Assembly (NCBI GenBank): GCA_964564935.1
Contig: CAZMCF010000008.1
Span: forward strand, 216 to 64,215
DNA length: 64,000 nt
From: an uncultured Anaerolinea sp.
GTDB taxonomy: Bacteria > Chloroflexota > Anaerolineae > Anaerolineales > Anaerolineaceae
Direction: 5' to 3'
In this document: one piece after another, positions 28,495 through 37,775 of the stretch
Numbering within the stretch: position 1 is the first letter of the stretch
How the letters are laid out: every line of letters begins with the position of its first letter
Position numbers and translations under genes: made by a program
The notes under the pieces: model-generated
What the model was told of the DNA's origin: nothing
The model's database searches: none
The model's input: only the letters and a program-made list of their open reading frames with translations

Positions 28495-29661
28495 ATGATG
28501 AAACGCCTGGAAGCAGAAGTATGGGAGCTGGACAACTGCGCCGGGTGCGGGCTGTGCACCGCAGCCTGCTCGAAGCAGGTTCTGCTCTGGCAAGGGGACA
28601 GCCACCCGGTATTGGAGAAACGAACAAAAACCCTTGGTTTGTCGAAAACCACGCTGGATAGCTGCGCGTTTTGCCAGCGGTTTTGCGAAGAGGTTTGCCC
28701 GCGCCTGGAGCGCTGGCTTCCGCTGGAAGCGCGCACCATCCGCGCTGCCCGCGCCCGTGGACCGGTCTATTCCGGCTCGCCCAACGATGTCATCCGCGCC
28801 ATTCTCAGCGCCGGGCGCTCGGCCGGGCTGTTGGATGGGGTGGTGATGCTTGATCTCGACCCGTGGACTCTTCAGCCGGTGGCGCGGGTGGTTTCGACGG
28901 TTGAACAGATCGTTTCCACGGTCGGCCCGCAATACCTTTGGGCGCCGGTCTTCGACAAACTCAACGAGGCGGTTTTCGATTACGGCATGAACAGCATCGC
29001 CGTAGTCGGCACGCCGTGCACTGCACAGGCGATTCGCAAGCTAAAGAATTCGCCCAATCCGCGCCTGCAGCCCTATAAGGATGCAATCCGCTTGAGCGTG
29101 GCGGTCTTTTGCACCGGCATATACAGGCCGGAGCTGGTCGAGGAAGTGCTGGTCAAGCGGATGGGCGTTGGGCGCGAGCAGGTCCGTCGTTTGGAAATCT
29201 CACCGGATCGAGCCTGGATGCGGGCGGTTCTGTGGGACGGCAGCATGCGCACCGTGCCGCGCCAGCAGGCCGAGCATTACACACGCCCGGGCTGCGGCAA
29301 GTGCGACGATTTTCTGGGCGAATCGGCTGACCTGGCGGTTGGCAGCCTGGGAGCGCCGGCTGACGCTTCGACCCTGATTATCCGCACCCTGGCGGGAGAT
29401 GTGTTCGCCCGCAACGCGGTCCATATGGGCCTGCTGGAGACTACACCCGAGGTGGATGTCAAAGCGCTGGAGGCGGCTGCCAGCGAAAAGGACCGCCGCG
29501 AGCGGGCTCAGGCATTCAAGGACCTCGAAATCCTGATGCTCGACGGCTTAGCCGATCCGCAGAAGCGGGCCGAGGCGATCCAGCAGTTTGTGCGCCTGTA
29601 TCGCACGCCGGTTCAGACTGGCAGGGTCGACCAAAATCCGCGCGGCTGCACGGGCTGCTAA
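28495..29661 (+). CDS. FrhB/FdhB-family (F420 hydrogenase beta-like) Fe-S protein with N-terminal ferredoxin
   Basis: CAGCGLCTAAC, CAFCQRFCEEVCPR, VVGTPC, AVFC, RPGCGKCDDF..ADLAVGSLG. Confidence 0.85.
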   Translation: MMKRLEAEVWELDNCAGCGLCTAACSKQVLLWQGDSHPVLEKRTKTLGLSKTTLDSCAFCQRFCEEVCPRLERWLPLEARTIRAARARGPVYSGSPNDVIRAILSAGRSAGLLDGVVMLDLDPWTLQPVARVVSTVEQIVSTVGPQYLWAPVFDKLNEAVFDYGMNSIAVVGTPCTAQAIRKLKNSPNPRLQPYKDAIRLSVAVFCTGIYRPELVEEVLVKRMGVGREQVRRLEISPDRAWMRAVLWDGSMRTVPRQQAEHYTRPGCGKCDDFLGESADLAVGSLGAPADASTLIIRTLAGDVFARNAVHMGLLETTPEVDVKALEAAASEKDRRERAQAFKDLEILMLDGLADPQKRAEAIQQFVRLYRTPVQTGRVDQNPRGCTGC

Positions 29662-29691
29662 GGTCAGGGGATTATGGCTGGAGGAGCAACA

Positions 29692-30342
29692 ATGGATACA
29701 ATCAGCGCAAAATCGAAAACCTTACGGGAAGTCAATACGATTCTGCGGGAGAGCCTGAATGGGACGCCCATCAAGGTAAGCGGCGTAGAGCATATTCACG
29801 GGCTGGCCGCGGGTTTGAGCCACGGCGAGGTGGTTGTCGAGGGCAACGCCGGCGATTATCTCGGCGCGCTCAATGCAGGAGCGACAATCCGGGTGATCGG
29901 AGACGCCGGTAACTACGCCGCAGATAATATGAACAGCGGAGTGATCATCATCGACGGGAACGCAGGTTACGGCGCGGCTCAATACTGTTACGGCGGTACG
30001 GTGGTCATCCGCGGGAACGCTGGCGATTTCACCGCGACAATGAACAAGGGCGCCACGATCATCATTCAGGGTAACGTCGGCGACGAAGCCGGCACGTATA
30101 TGCTCAAGGGCGACCTGATCGTGGTTGGCGACGCGGGCAGAAACTTTGCCAATTACCTGATTCGCGGTTCGGTCTACATCGGCGGTAAGTACGAATCGCT
30201 GGGGCGCAACACCCGCCTGGTCGACCTGGATGATGAGGATATTGCCCGGCTGAAAGCCTATTTTGAGATGTATGCGATTCAGGCCGATCCGCTGCGTTTT
30301 CGTAAGATCGTAGCCGCTTCGGAAAAGCCCTTCTACCACTAA
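29692..30342 (+). CDS. Glutamate synthase GXGXG beta-helix subunit (GltB3/FwdC-like)
   Basis: Repeated GNAGD/GDAGN...M.SG..II.G beta-helix units; GGAGGAG RBS. Confidence 0.88.
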   Translation: MDTISAKSKTLREVNTILRESLNGTPIKVSGVEHIHGLAAGLSHGEVVVEGNAGDYLGALNAGATIRVIGDAGNYAADNMNSGVIIIDGNAGYGAAQYCYGGTVVIRGNAGDFTATMNKGATIIIQGNVGDEAGTYMLKGDLIVVGDAGRNFANYLIRGSVYIGGKYESLGRNTRLVDLDDEDIARLKAYFEMYAIQADPLRFRKIVAASEKPFYH

Positions 30343-30354
30343 AAGGAGGATGGG

Positions 30355-31932
30355 ATGCCAATCGTTGGAGCATTTTGTGTCAGCGTAAACCGGGAAATCT
30401 GCATCAATGCCGAAATGCCCGGCAAGTGCGCCACCTGCGCCGAGGTCTGCCCGCATGGCGTTTATGCGCTCGACCTGGCCAGCGGCGAGATGAATGTGGT
30501 CAACTACAACGCCTGCGTCGGCTGCCGGATTTGCGCCGAGTTCTGTCCGGTCAACGCCATCCGGATCAACCCGGCCGAGCCGGAGTATTACACCCGCTAC
30601 CCCTGGACCTTTTCGGCAATCGAGGAAGTCCACTATAAAGCCCAGACAGGCGACTACCTGCTGCGCGGGTTTGGAACCGCCGGCCAGACGCCAAACTTCG
30701 ACATGATCACCGTCGTCCCCAGCCAGATCGCCAGTCCCGCTCCGCGCGACAAGTACCGCGAAGAGTGCGACATGGAGGTGGTGATCGGCGAAGATACCTG
30801 CAAGAAGCCGATGGTGCTGAAGAAGCCCTTCGTCTGGCCGGCCATGTCTTTTGGCGCGCTCAGCAAGGAGGCCAAGCTTGCCCTGGCGATCGGCGCTGCC
30901 ATGACCGGCATCGCCGCCAACACGGGCGAGGGAGGGCTGCTGCCGGAGGAAGTGTACCTCTCTCACGGCTTTACTGACCCGGAGGAGCAAAACAAGCGCT
31001 GGGAGCCAGGAGGTTACCTGGTCATCCAGTGGTCGACCGGGCGCTGGGGCGTCTCGGCTGACTACCTGCGGGCTGGCGACGCGGTAGAAGTCAAGATTGG
31101 GCAGGGCGCGAAGCCGGGCATGGGCGGGCACCTGCTGGGCGCCAAGGTCACCGACGAGGTCGCCCGCGTGCGCGGCATCCCTAAGGGCTCGGATGCGCTC
31201 AGCCCTTGCCGCTATTATGATGTGCAGACCCTGGATGACATTAAGCACATGGTCGAATTCATCCGCGATGTGACCGATTATCAGTTCCCGATCCTGTTCA
31301 AGCTCGGGCCCTCGCGTCCGTACCAGGATGTGGCAGCCTGCATCGAAGCTGGCGCGGACGCGATCAGTATCGACGGTATGGTGGGCGGGACGGGCTGCTC
31401 TCCGGACATCGTCACCCAGGGCACCGGAATCCCGACCATCGCCTGCATTCCTCCCGCGGTCCAGGCGTTGAAGGATTACGGCGTGTACAAGAAGGTGAAG
31501 TTAATCGCCCTGGGCGGCATCCGCAACGGGCTGGATGCCTTCAAGGCTCTGGCGCTCGGCGCTGACGCGGTCGGCTTCGGCTCGGCGGCTGAGGTGGCGC
31601 TTGGCTGCCGGGTGTGCTACGCCTGTCACAAGGGCAACTGCCCCTACGGAATCACCAGTCAGAAACCGGAGCTTTCCGCCCGGCTCGATCCAGTAGAGGG
31701 CGGGCAGAGGCTGGCGAATTTCATCAAAGCCTGTAATGAAGAAATCAAAATCCTGACGATGCTTTCCGGGCACAACTCGATCCGGGAGCTCTCGACGGAG
31801 GATTTACGCGCGCTGGACCTTAACACGGCCGCTCTGACGGGCCTGAAGCTGGCAGGCTACGACCGCCCGCTGCCGTGGTGGGAGAACGGCAGTGCTCCTG
31901 CCTGGAAAGGAGGCAATGGCCACAAAGGCTGA
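30355..31932 (+). CDS. Archaeal-type glutamate synthase FMN subunit (GltB2) with N-terminal ferredoxin
   Basis: AMSFGALS, NTGEGG, STGRWGV, EVKIGQGAKPGMGGHL, GGIRNG, CRVCYACHKGNCPYGI. Confidence 0.92.
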   Translation: MPIVGAFCVSVNREICINAEMPGKCATCAEVCPHGVYALDLASGEMNVVNYNACVGCRICAEFCPVNAIRINPAEPEYYTRYPWTFSAIEEVHYKAQTGDYLLRGFGTAGQTPNFDMITVVPSQIASPAPRDKYREECDMEVVIGEDTCKKPMVLKKPFVWPAMSFGALSKEAKLALAIGAAMTGIAANTGEGGLLPEEVYLSHGFTDPEEQNKRWEPGGYLVIQWSTGRWGVSADYLRAGDAVEVKIGQGAKPGMGGHLLGAKVTDEVARVRGIPKGSDALSPCRYYDVQTLDDIKHMVEFIRDVTDYQFPILFKLGPSRPYQDVAACIEAGADAISIDGMVGGTGCSPDIVTQGTGIPTIACIPPAVQALKDYGVYKKVKLIALGGIRNGLDAFKALALGADAVGFGSAAEVALGCRVCYACHKGNCPYGITSQKPELSARLDPVEGGQRLANFIKACNEEIKILTMLSGHNSIRELSTEDLRALDLNTAALTGLKLAGYDRPLPWWENGSAPAWKGGNGHKG

Positions 31933-32045
31933 GGAACCGGATAGCCCCACTCCCCCCGGGAGTTTTTAGCCACCTGGGCGCAATCGCAGTAGATGATTTG
32001 CATATAAGCCGGCGCCTTTCACGAGCGATTCAGAGAGGAGGCAGG

Positions 32046-34589
32046 ATGACATTCTCTCAAGATCAATCCCTTGCCGACATCCTCGTCAATGAGGCGGTCT
32101 ACGGCTGCGCCTGCCAAAAATTCTCTGGAGATGTGGAGCAGACCCGGCAGGCGCTGCGCCAGGGGCGCTGCGATATTTGTGAAATCTTTCGGGATCATCT
32201 CGTCCTTCAGATTGGGCAATACCTGGGTAAAGTCGATCCAACGATCAAGGCGATTGTAAAGTACGAGCCGGAGCTGGCTCCGCTGCTGCCGCAATCCCAG
32301 CGCCTGTCTCCCGAGTCCCGCAGGCGGGGGATTAACCTGATCGCCTGGGTAGGCCGCAAGAGCGCCGCGCTCAGCGCGCTGGGCAGCAGTTTGGAGACGA
32401 CAGTGGCCGAATCGCGGCGGAAACTGGGATGCCAGAACGCCCAGCCAGCCTGCTTCAACCTGGACATTCAGATCGTCGACGATCGCGAGGTGAGCGAATC
32501 GCGCGGGGCGGGGTTGATGGTCAAACAGCCGTTCTTGCGCTCGATCCAGATCTGGAAACGGCCGGAACCACTCGAAGAGCCCTCCCCGCCGGCCGTGTCT
32601 GAGATCGACGGAATCCTTACCGCACTCGACCTCGAGCTCGCCCCTGAGAACGTCCTCTTCGAGCAGGCTTATGCCATCGAGAAGGTCCCGCCGGAGGAGC
32701 GCCATATCCTCGAAGCGCGGCTGCGTGAACTAAAGGTCATCCTGATCCGCCGGTTGATCAGCGACCAGCTTGCGTATATCAACATCGCCAAAGATCTGCT
32801 GACCATCGGCGACCTGGAAGAGATCCACCGCCGGCGGATCGGCAACGGCAAGATCGGAGGCAAGGCCGCCGGTTTGATCCTGGCTGCGCGCATCCTCCAG
32901 GAGAAGGCGGATGAGGAGCTGAAGGCGGCTATTCGCATTCCGCCGTCAGTCTTCCTGGGATCGGATTTGATCTATATCTTCATGGCGATGAACGGCCTCA
33001 TGCACTGGAACAACCAGAAGTACAAGCCGGAAGAACAGATCTATCGCGATTATCCGCTGATCTGCGAGCAGTTCGCGGCCGGGAGTTTTCCGCCAGAGGT
33101 CGTCGATCAATTACGCGCCCGTCTGGAGGAGTTCTCCGGTCAACCGCTGATCGTCCGATCTTCCAGCCAGCTGGAGGATAACTTCGGCACCTCCTTTGCC
33201 GGCAAATATCAAAGCTTTTTCTACCCGAATCAGGGAACGATAGACGAGAACATGGCGGCGCTGACCCGGGCAATCGCTCTGACCTTTGCCAGCACTCTCA
33301 ACCCGGACGCGCTTCTCTACCGCCGCAGCAAAGGCCTGCAGGATTACGACGAGCGCATGGCGGTACTGATTCAACCGGTTCAGGGCGAGGTGTTCGACCG
33401 CTACTACTACCCCTTCGCCGCAGGCGTGGCATTCAGCCGCAACCTGTATCGCTGGGCGCCGCAAATCCGCCGGGAGGACGGGTTTGCCCGGATCGTCTGG
33501 GGACTGGGGACTCACGCCGTCGAGCGCGGCGGCAACGATTATCCGCGCCTGGTCGCGTTAAGCCACCCCACCCTTCAGCCGGATGACGAGCCGCGGGCAA
33601 TCCGCTACTATTCGCAGAAATTCGCTGACGTGATCGACCTGCACGATAATGCCTTCAAGACCGTTCAGATAGAGGATCTGCTCGACTTGCGCTACCCGCT
33701 GTTGCGCTTTCTGGTCCAGATAGAGGCGGACGGTTACTTCACCACCCCCCGCGGACGGGTGATGGCCGACGACCTGCCAGGCGCGGCGGTCACCTTCGAT
33801 GAGTTTCTGCGGCGGACTAATTTTCCCTCGCAGCTTTCGGCCATGCTCAAGCTGCTGGAACAGTACTACCGGGTGCCGGTTGACGTCGAGTTTACTGCCC
33901 GGGTCGAGGAGACCGGCGGCCTGAAACCGCGGGTTGCCATTACCCTGCTGCAATGCCGCCCGCAGTCGCAGCTGCAGCTGGTGGTGCCGAGCGTGGTCCC
34001 ATCGGATTTGAGCGAGGAAAGCATCATTTTCTCGTGCCAGTTCATGGTGCCGGTGGGCTACCTCGATAACGTCCGCTACGTAATTTATGTGCCTCCAAAG
34101 GCTTATTTTGGGCTGACCTCGGAGCGGCAGCGTAATGAGGTCTCGCGGATCGTTTCGCAATTGAACGCAGTCCTGCCCGCTAAGGGATTTATCTGCGTGG
34201 GGCCGGGACGCTGGGGGACGACCAATCTGGATCTGGGGGTTTTTGTCAACTACGCGGATGTGTTCAATGCCGGCGCGCTGGTCGAGATGGCCGGCGGCGA
34301 GACAGGTCTGGCGCCGGAGCCCTCCTTTGGCACTCATTTTTTCCAGGATTTAATGGAGGCTCAGATTTATCCGGTGGCGCTGCCGCTCGATGATCCCAAG
34401 ACAACCTTCAACCGCAGCTTTTTCGAAGACACCCCGAACCGCCTGAGCGATTTTCTTGCCGTGAATGAAGAGCTGATGGAGGCGGTTAAACTGATCGCCG
34501 TGGCAGACTACCGCCCGGGGCACCACCTTGAATTGTATCTGAACGGCGACCAGAACCGGGCGATTTCGTTCCTTACAGCTGACCGTTAG
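32046..34589 (+). CDS. PEP/pyruvate-binding (PPDK_N ATP-grasp) dikinase-like protein with Cys-rich N-terminal extension
   Basis: IGGKAAG, VRSSSQLEDNFGTSFAGKY, MAVLIQ, VWGLG, DVEF, LLQCRP, PSFGTHFFQ; ATG 32046 after GAGGAGG. Confidence 0.85.
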   Translation: MTFSQDQSLADILVNEAVYGCACQKFSGDVEQTRQALRQGRCDICEIFRDHLVLQIGQYLGKVDPTIKAIVKYEPELAPLLPQSQRLSPESRRRGINLIAWVGRKSAALSALGSSLETTVAESRRKLGCQNAQPACFNLDIQIVDDREVSESRGAGLMVKQPFLRSIQIWKRPEPLEEPSPPAVSEIDGILTALDLELAPENVLFEQAYAIEKVPPEERHILEARLRELKVILIRRLISDQLAYINIAKDLLTIGDLEEIHRRRIGNGKIGGKAAGLILAARILQEKADEELKAAIRIPPSVFLGSDLIYIFMAMNGLMHWNNQKYKPEEQIYRDYPLICEQFAAGSFPPEVVDQLRARLEEFSGQPLIVRSSSQLEDNFGTSFAGKYQSFFYPNQGTIDENMAALTRAIALTFASTLNPDALLYRRSKGLQDYDERMAVLIQPVQGEVFDRYYYPFAAGVAFSRNLYRWAPQIRREDGFARIVWGLGTHAVERGGNDYPRLVALSHPTLQPDDEPRAIRYYSQKFADVIDLHDNAFKTVQIEDLLDLRYPLLRFLVQIEADGYFTTPRGRVMADDLPGAAVTFDEFLRRTNFPSQLSAMLKLLEQYYRVPVDVEFTARVEETGGLKPRVAITLLQCRPQSQLQLVVPSVVPSDLSEESIIFSCQFMVPVGYLDNVRYVIYVPPKAYFGLTSERQRNEVSRIVSQLNAVLPAKGFICVGPGRWGTTNLDLGVFVNYADVFNAGALVEMAGGETGLAPEPSFGTHFFQDLMEAQIYPVALPLDDPKTTFNRSFFEDTPNRLSDFLAVNEELMEAVKLIAVADYRPGHHLELYLNGDQNRAISFLTADR

Positions 34590-34699
34590 GGTTCCAGGCC
34601 TTCTGCTCTTCCCGGTCAGGGAACAAGCGGGAATACAACCGAACTGCGTTTCTGTTGGCTGACCGCCGGGGTGGGGCAACCTTTTTACGATGAGGCCAC

Positions 34700-35530
34700 C
34701 TAAAACGTAAAACTGTCTGGATGCATCCCGTAGCGGTAATCCCGCTCCAGCGCGTCGATCTGCCGCATGTCCTCATCGTCCAGGCTGAAATCGAACACGT
34801 CCCGGTTTTCGTAAATTCGTTCCCTGTTAACCGACTTGGGGATGGTCACCACTTCCTTTTGCAGCTCCCAGCGGATCACCACCTGGGCCGCGGTTTTGCC
34901 GTGCTTTGCCGCGATCTCCACAATCGCCGGCTCGCTCAACCCTTTTCCCTTCATCAGCGGCGCCCAAGCCTCCAGTTGGATCCCGCGTTGGCGGCAGAAG
35001 GCATGCAAATCCCTCGACTGTAAATACGGGTGGAATTCCACCTGGTTCACCGCCGGGACGATCGACCCGGTTTTCAGGATCGCCTCCAGGTGGTGAATGA
35101 GATGGTTGCTTACCCCGATCGCGCGGGCTTTGCCTGACCTGTAGATCTCCTCCAGCACCGCCCAGGTCTCGATATACCTGCCGGGCACCGGCCAATGGAC
35201 CAGGTACAGATCGACGTAATCCATTTTCAGCCGCGCCAGGCTCTCTTCGAATGCCTGGAGGACGCGCCCCGCGCGCTGGTCGTCGTTCCACACTTTAGTG
35301 GTGATGAAGATCTCCTCGCGGGGGATGCCGCTGTCGCGCACCGCCCGTCCAACGCTGGCCTCATTCTCGTACAGGGCAGCCGTGTCGATGCTGCGGTAGC
35401 CGGCGTCCAGGGCGTACCGCACCGCCTGATAGGCCTGCTCGCCTTCCATTACTTTATAGGTCCCAAAACCCAGCCACGGCATTTGCACGCCGTTGTTCAA
35501 GGTTGTGCAGGAGCGGATATCCTCCAACAT
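34700..35530 (-). CDS. Aldo/keto reductase (2,5-DKG/glyoxal reductase-like)
   Basis: GYRSIDTAALYENE, DLYLVHWP, AIGVSN, IPKS. Confidence 0.92.
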   Translation of the reverse strand: MLEDIRSCTTLNNGVQMPWLGFGTYKVMEGEQAYQAVRYALDAGYRSIDTAALYENEASVGRAVRDSGIPREEIFITTKVWNDDQRAGRVLQAFEESLARLKMDYVDLYLVHWPVPGRYIETWAVLEEIYRSGKARAIGVSNHLIHHLEAILKTGSIVPAVNQVEFHPYLQSRDLHAFCRQRGIQLEAWAPLMKGKGLSEPAIVEIAAKHGKTAAQVVIRWELQKEVVTIPKSVNRERIYENRDVFDFSLDDEDMRQIDALERDYRYGMHPDSFTF

Positions 35531-35617
35531 CGCTCTTCTCCCTGTGCAATCGGTAAGACAGCTGTAATTTCCAGCATTATATCTGATTTGCCGGTTAGGA
35601 TCACCTTGCGGATATTG

Positions 35618-36601
35618 CTACCAGCGCTGGTGCACCTGCTCGCGAATATAGCGGTCGTAAATGGCGCGGATGGCTGCCATGGTCTGCTCGTCCAGGGCTG
35701 GCAGGCTCGACGCCGCGGCGTTGTCTCGGGCCTGCCTGGGGTTCTTCGCCCCCGGGATCGCCAGGCTGACTGCGTCGAACATCAGGATCCAGCGCAGGGC
35801 AAACTGAGCCATGCTGGCTCCAGGCGGAACCAGCGCGCGCAGTTCTTCCACCGCTGCCAGTCCGGTCTCGAAATCTACCCCCGAAAAGGTCTCGCCGACG
35901 TCGAACGACTCGCCGCGACGGTTGTATTTGCGGTGATCGCTGTCTTCAAATTGCGTGTCGCGGGTCATTTTCCCGGTCAGCAGCCCGCTGGCCAGCGGCA
36001 CCCTGGCCAGAATACCCACCCGCTTTTCCTTCGCCAGGGGGAAGAAACGTTCGGCCGGGCGCTGGCGGAAGATGTTGAATATAATCTGCACGCTCTGCAC
36101 GTTGGGATATTCAATCGCCTTGAGCGCTTCTTCGACCTTTTCCACGCTCACCCCGTAATATTGGAGCTTGCCGGCCTTGACCAGGTCGTCGAGGACGCCG
36201 AAGACCTCGGGCATGTAATAGACCTGGGTCGGGGGGCAGTGCAGCTGGAGCAGATCGAGCGCCTCGACCCCCAGGTTCTTCAGGCTGCGCTCAACGAAGG
36301 CGGTCAGATTGGCTCGGTTGTAGCCCTCAGCCGTGTGCGGGTTGAGCCTGCGCCCGGCTTTGGTCGCCACATAAATCCGCTCTGAAAACTCGCTGACAAC
36401 TTTCGCCACCAGCCGTTCGCTGCGCCCATCGCCGTACACGTCGGCGGTGTCGATGAAGTTGACCCCCTCGCGAATGGCCGTCCGCAGCGCCTCGAGCGCG
36501 TCCTCGTCGCTCACCTTCCCCCAATCCGCGCCGATCGCCCAGGCGCCTAATCCGATCTCGGATACCTGCCAGCCGGTGCGTCCAAATGGCCTGTAGTTCA
36601 T
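35618..36601 (-). CDS. Aldo/keto reductase (Tas/IolS-like)
   Basis: FIDTADVYGDGRSE, LDLLQLH, PLASGLLTGK, IPGAK. Confidence 0.9.
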   Translation of the reverse strand: MNYRPFGRTGWQVSEIGLGAWAIGADWGKVSDEDALEALRTAIREGVNFIDTADVYGDGRSERLVAKVVSEFSERIYVATKAGRRLNPHTAEGYNRANLTAFVERSLKNLGVEALDLLQLHCPPTQVYYMPEVFGVLDDLVKAGKLQYYGVSVEKVEEALKAIEYPNVQSVQIIFNIFRQRPAERFFPLAKEKRVGILARVPLASGLLTGKMTRDTQFEDSDHRKYNRRGESFDVGETFSGVDFETGLAAVEELRALVPPGASMAQFALRWILMFDAVSLAIPGAKNPRQARDNAAASSLPALDEQTMAAIRAIYDRYIREQVHQRW

Positions 36602-36633
36602 GCTGCCTCTCCTTTCTATCCCCAACCCAGAGA

Positions 36634-37605
36634 TTATCCTTCAGAATGGTGATATAGAAAGTCTAGCACATCTTGCAGGCGGGTGAAAGCCAGCGCGGTT
36701 ACCGTATCGGCGCCGCCGTAGTAGATCGCGATGCGCCCGCTGGGCGGGTCATAAAGCGCTGCGCAGGGGAATACGACGTTGGGCACGTCGCCTACGCATT
36801 CGTAATAGGTCTGGGGAGAGAGCAGGTAGGGCGCGCCGCGGCGGATGACCTTCCAGGGCTGGTCGAGGTCCAGCAGCGCCGCGCCGAAGCTGTAGACGAA
36901 CCCGTTGCAGGAGGTCAGTACGCCGTGATAGAAGAGCAGCCAGCCCTCGGAAGTCTCGATCGGCGTCGGCCCGGCGCCGATCTTGGTGCTCTGCCACCCG
37001 TCCCTGGCGCCCATCACGAAGCGGTGCTCGCCCCAGTGGATCATGTCCAGGCTCTGGCTCAGATAAATATCGCCGAAGGGAGTGTGCCCGTTGTCGCTCG
37101 GACGGTTGAGCATCACGTACTTACCGTTGATCCGCCGCGGAAAGAGCACCCCGTTGCGGTTATACGGCAGCAGCGCGTTTTCCAGGAAATGGAAGGTCTC
37201 GAAATCGAAGGTGTAGCCCACCCCAATGGTCGGGCCGTGATAGCCGTTGCACCAGGTCACGTAATAGCGGTCTTCCAGCCAGACCACGCGCGGATCGTAG
37301 CGGTACTGGAACTGGCCGATTTCGGGATCGGCGCAAAGCCACTCGATTGGCTCGTGATCCAGCCTCCAGTGGATGCCGTCCTCGCTGAAACCGCGGTGCA
37401 GGTTCATCTCCCGCTTTTTATTGTCGCAGCGGAACACGCCGGCGAACCGGTTTTGAAACGGCACCACCGCGCTGTTGAATATGCTGTTGGAGGAAGGGAT
37501 CAGATTGCGGGGGATGATCGGGTTGGCGCTGTAGCGCCAGACCACATCGGCGCAGCCCGCCGGACGTTCCTCCCAGGGGATGTTGGGCAAGGGATGGGTA
37601 TTCAT
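36634..37605 (-). CDS. GH130 beta-1,4-mannoside phosphorylase (subfamily 2-like)
   Basis: [53 protein letters not shown]. Confidence 0.9.
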   Translation of the reverse strand: MNTHPLPNIPWEERPAGCADVVWRYSANPIIPRNLIPSSNSIFNSAVVPFQNRFAGVFRCDNKKREMNLHRGFSEDGIHWRLDHEPIEWLCADPEIGQFQYRYDPRVVWLEDRYYVTWCNGYHGPTIGVGYTFDFETFHFLENALLPYNRNGVLFPRRINGKYVMLNRPSDNGHTPFGDIYLSQSLDMIHWGEHRFVMGARDGWQSTKIGAGPTPIETSEGWLLFYHGVLTSCNGFVYSFGAALLDLDQPWKVIRRGAPYLLSPQTYYECVGDVPNVVFPCAALYDPPSGRIAIYYGGADTVTALAFTRLQDVLDFLYHHSEG

Positions 37606-37671
37606 GCGCTGGGGATCTCCTCTAGCAGGTGATTTTTGTTAATGGATGACGGATCAATGCTGATCAGGTAG

Positions 37672-37700
37672 TTGACACCCGGCAAAATAATTTGTATAAT
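37672..37700 (+). promoter_or_regulatory. Consensus sigma70 promoter of lacI
   Basis: TTGACA-N17-TATAAT exact consensus. Confidence 0.85.
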
Positions 37701-37710
37701 GATGTCGGAA

Positions 37711-37728
37711 TTTGGGAGCGCTCCCAAA
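37711..37728. promoter_or_regulatory. LacI-family operator (CelR/CebR box), copy 1
   Basis: Perfect palindrome TTTGGGAGCGCTCCCAAA just downstream of the -10 element. Confidence 0.9.
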
Positions 37729-37775
37729 AAAAATAGTAACACAAAAGCCCCCTTGATTCAAGATGGAGTTCTGTT

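Noticed and set aside
26267..29661. Selenocysteine recoding in HdrA/MvhD/FrhB
   Set aside because: The ORFs are uninterrupted, with no in-frame TGA at Cys positions
20622..34600. Genomic island integrated at tRNA-Arg
   Set aside because: No integrase and no convincing duplicated tRNA 3' end seen; only the position is suggestive
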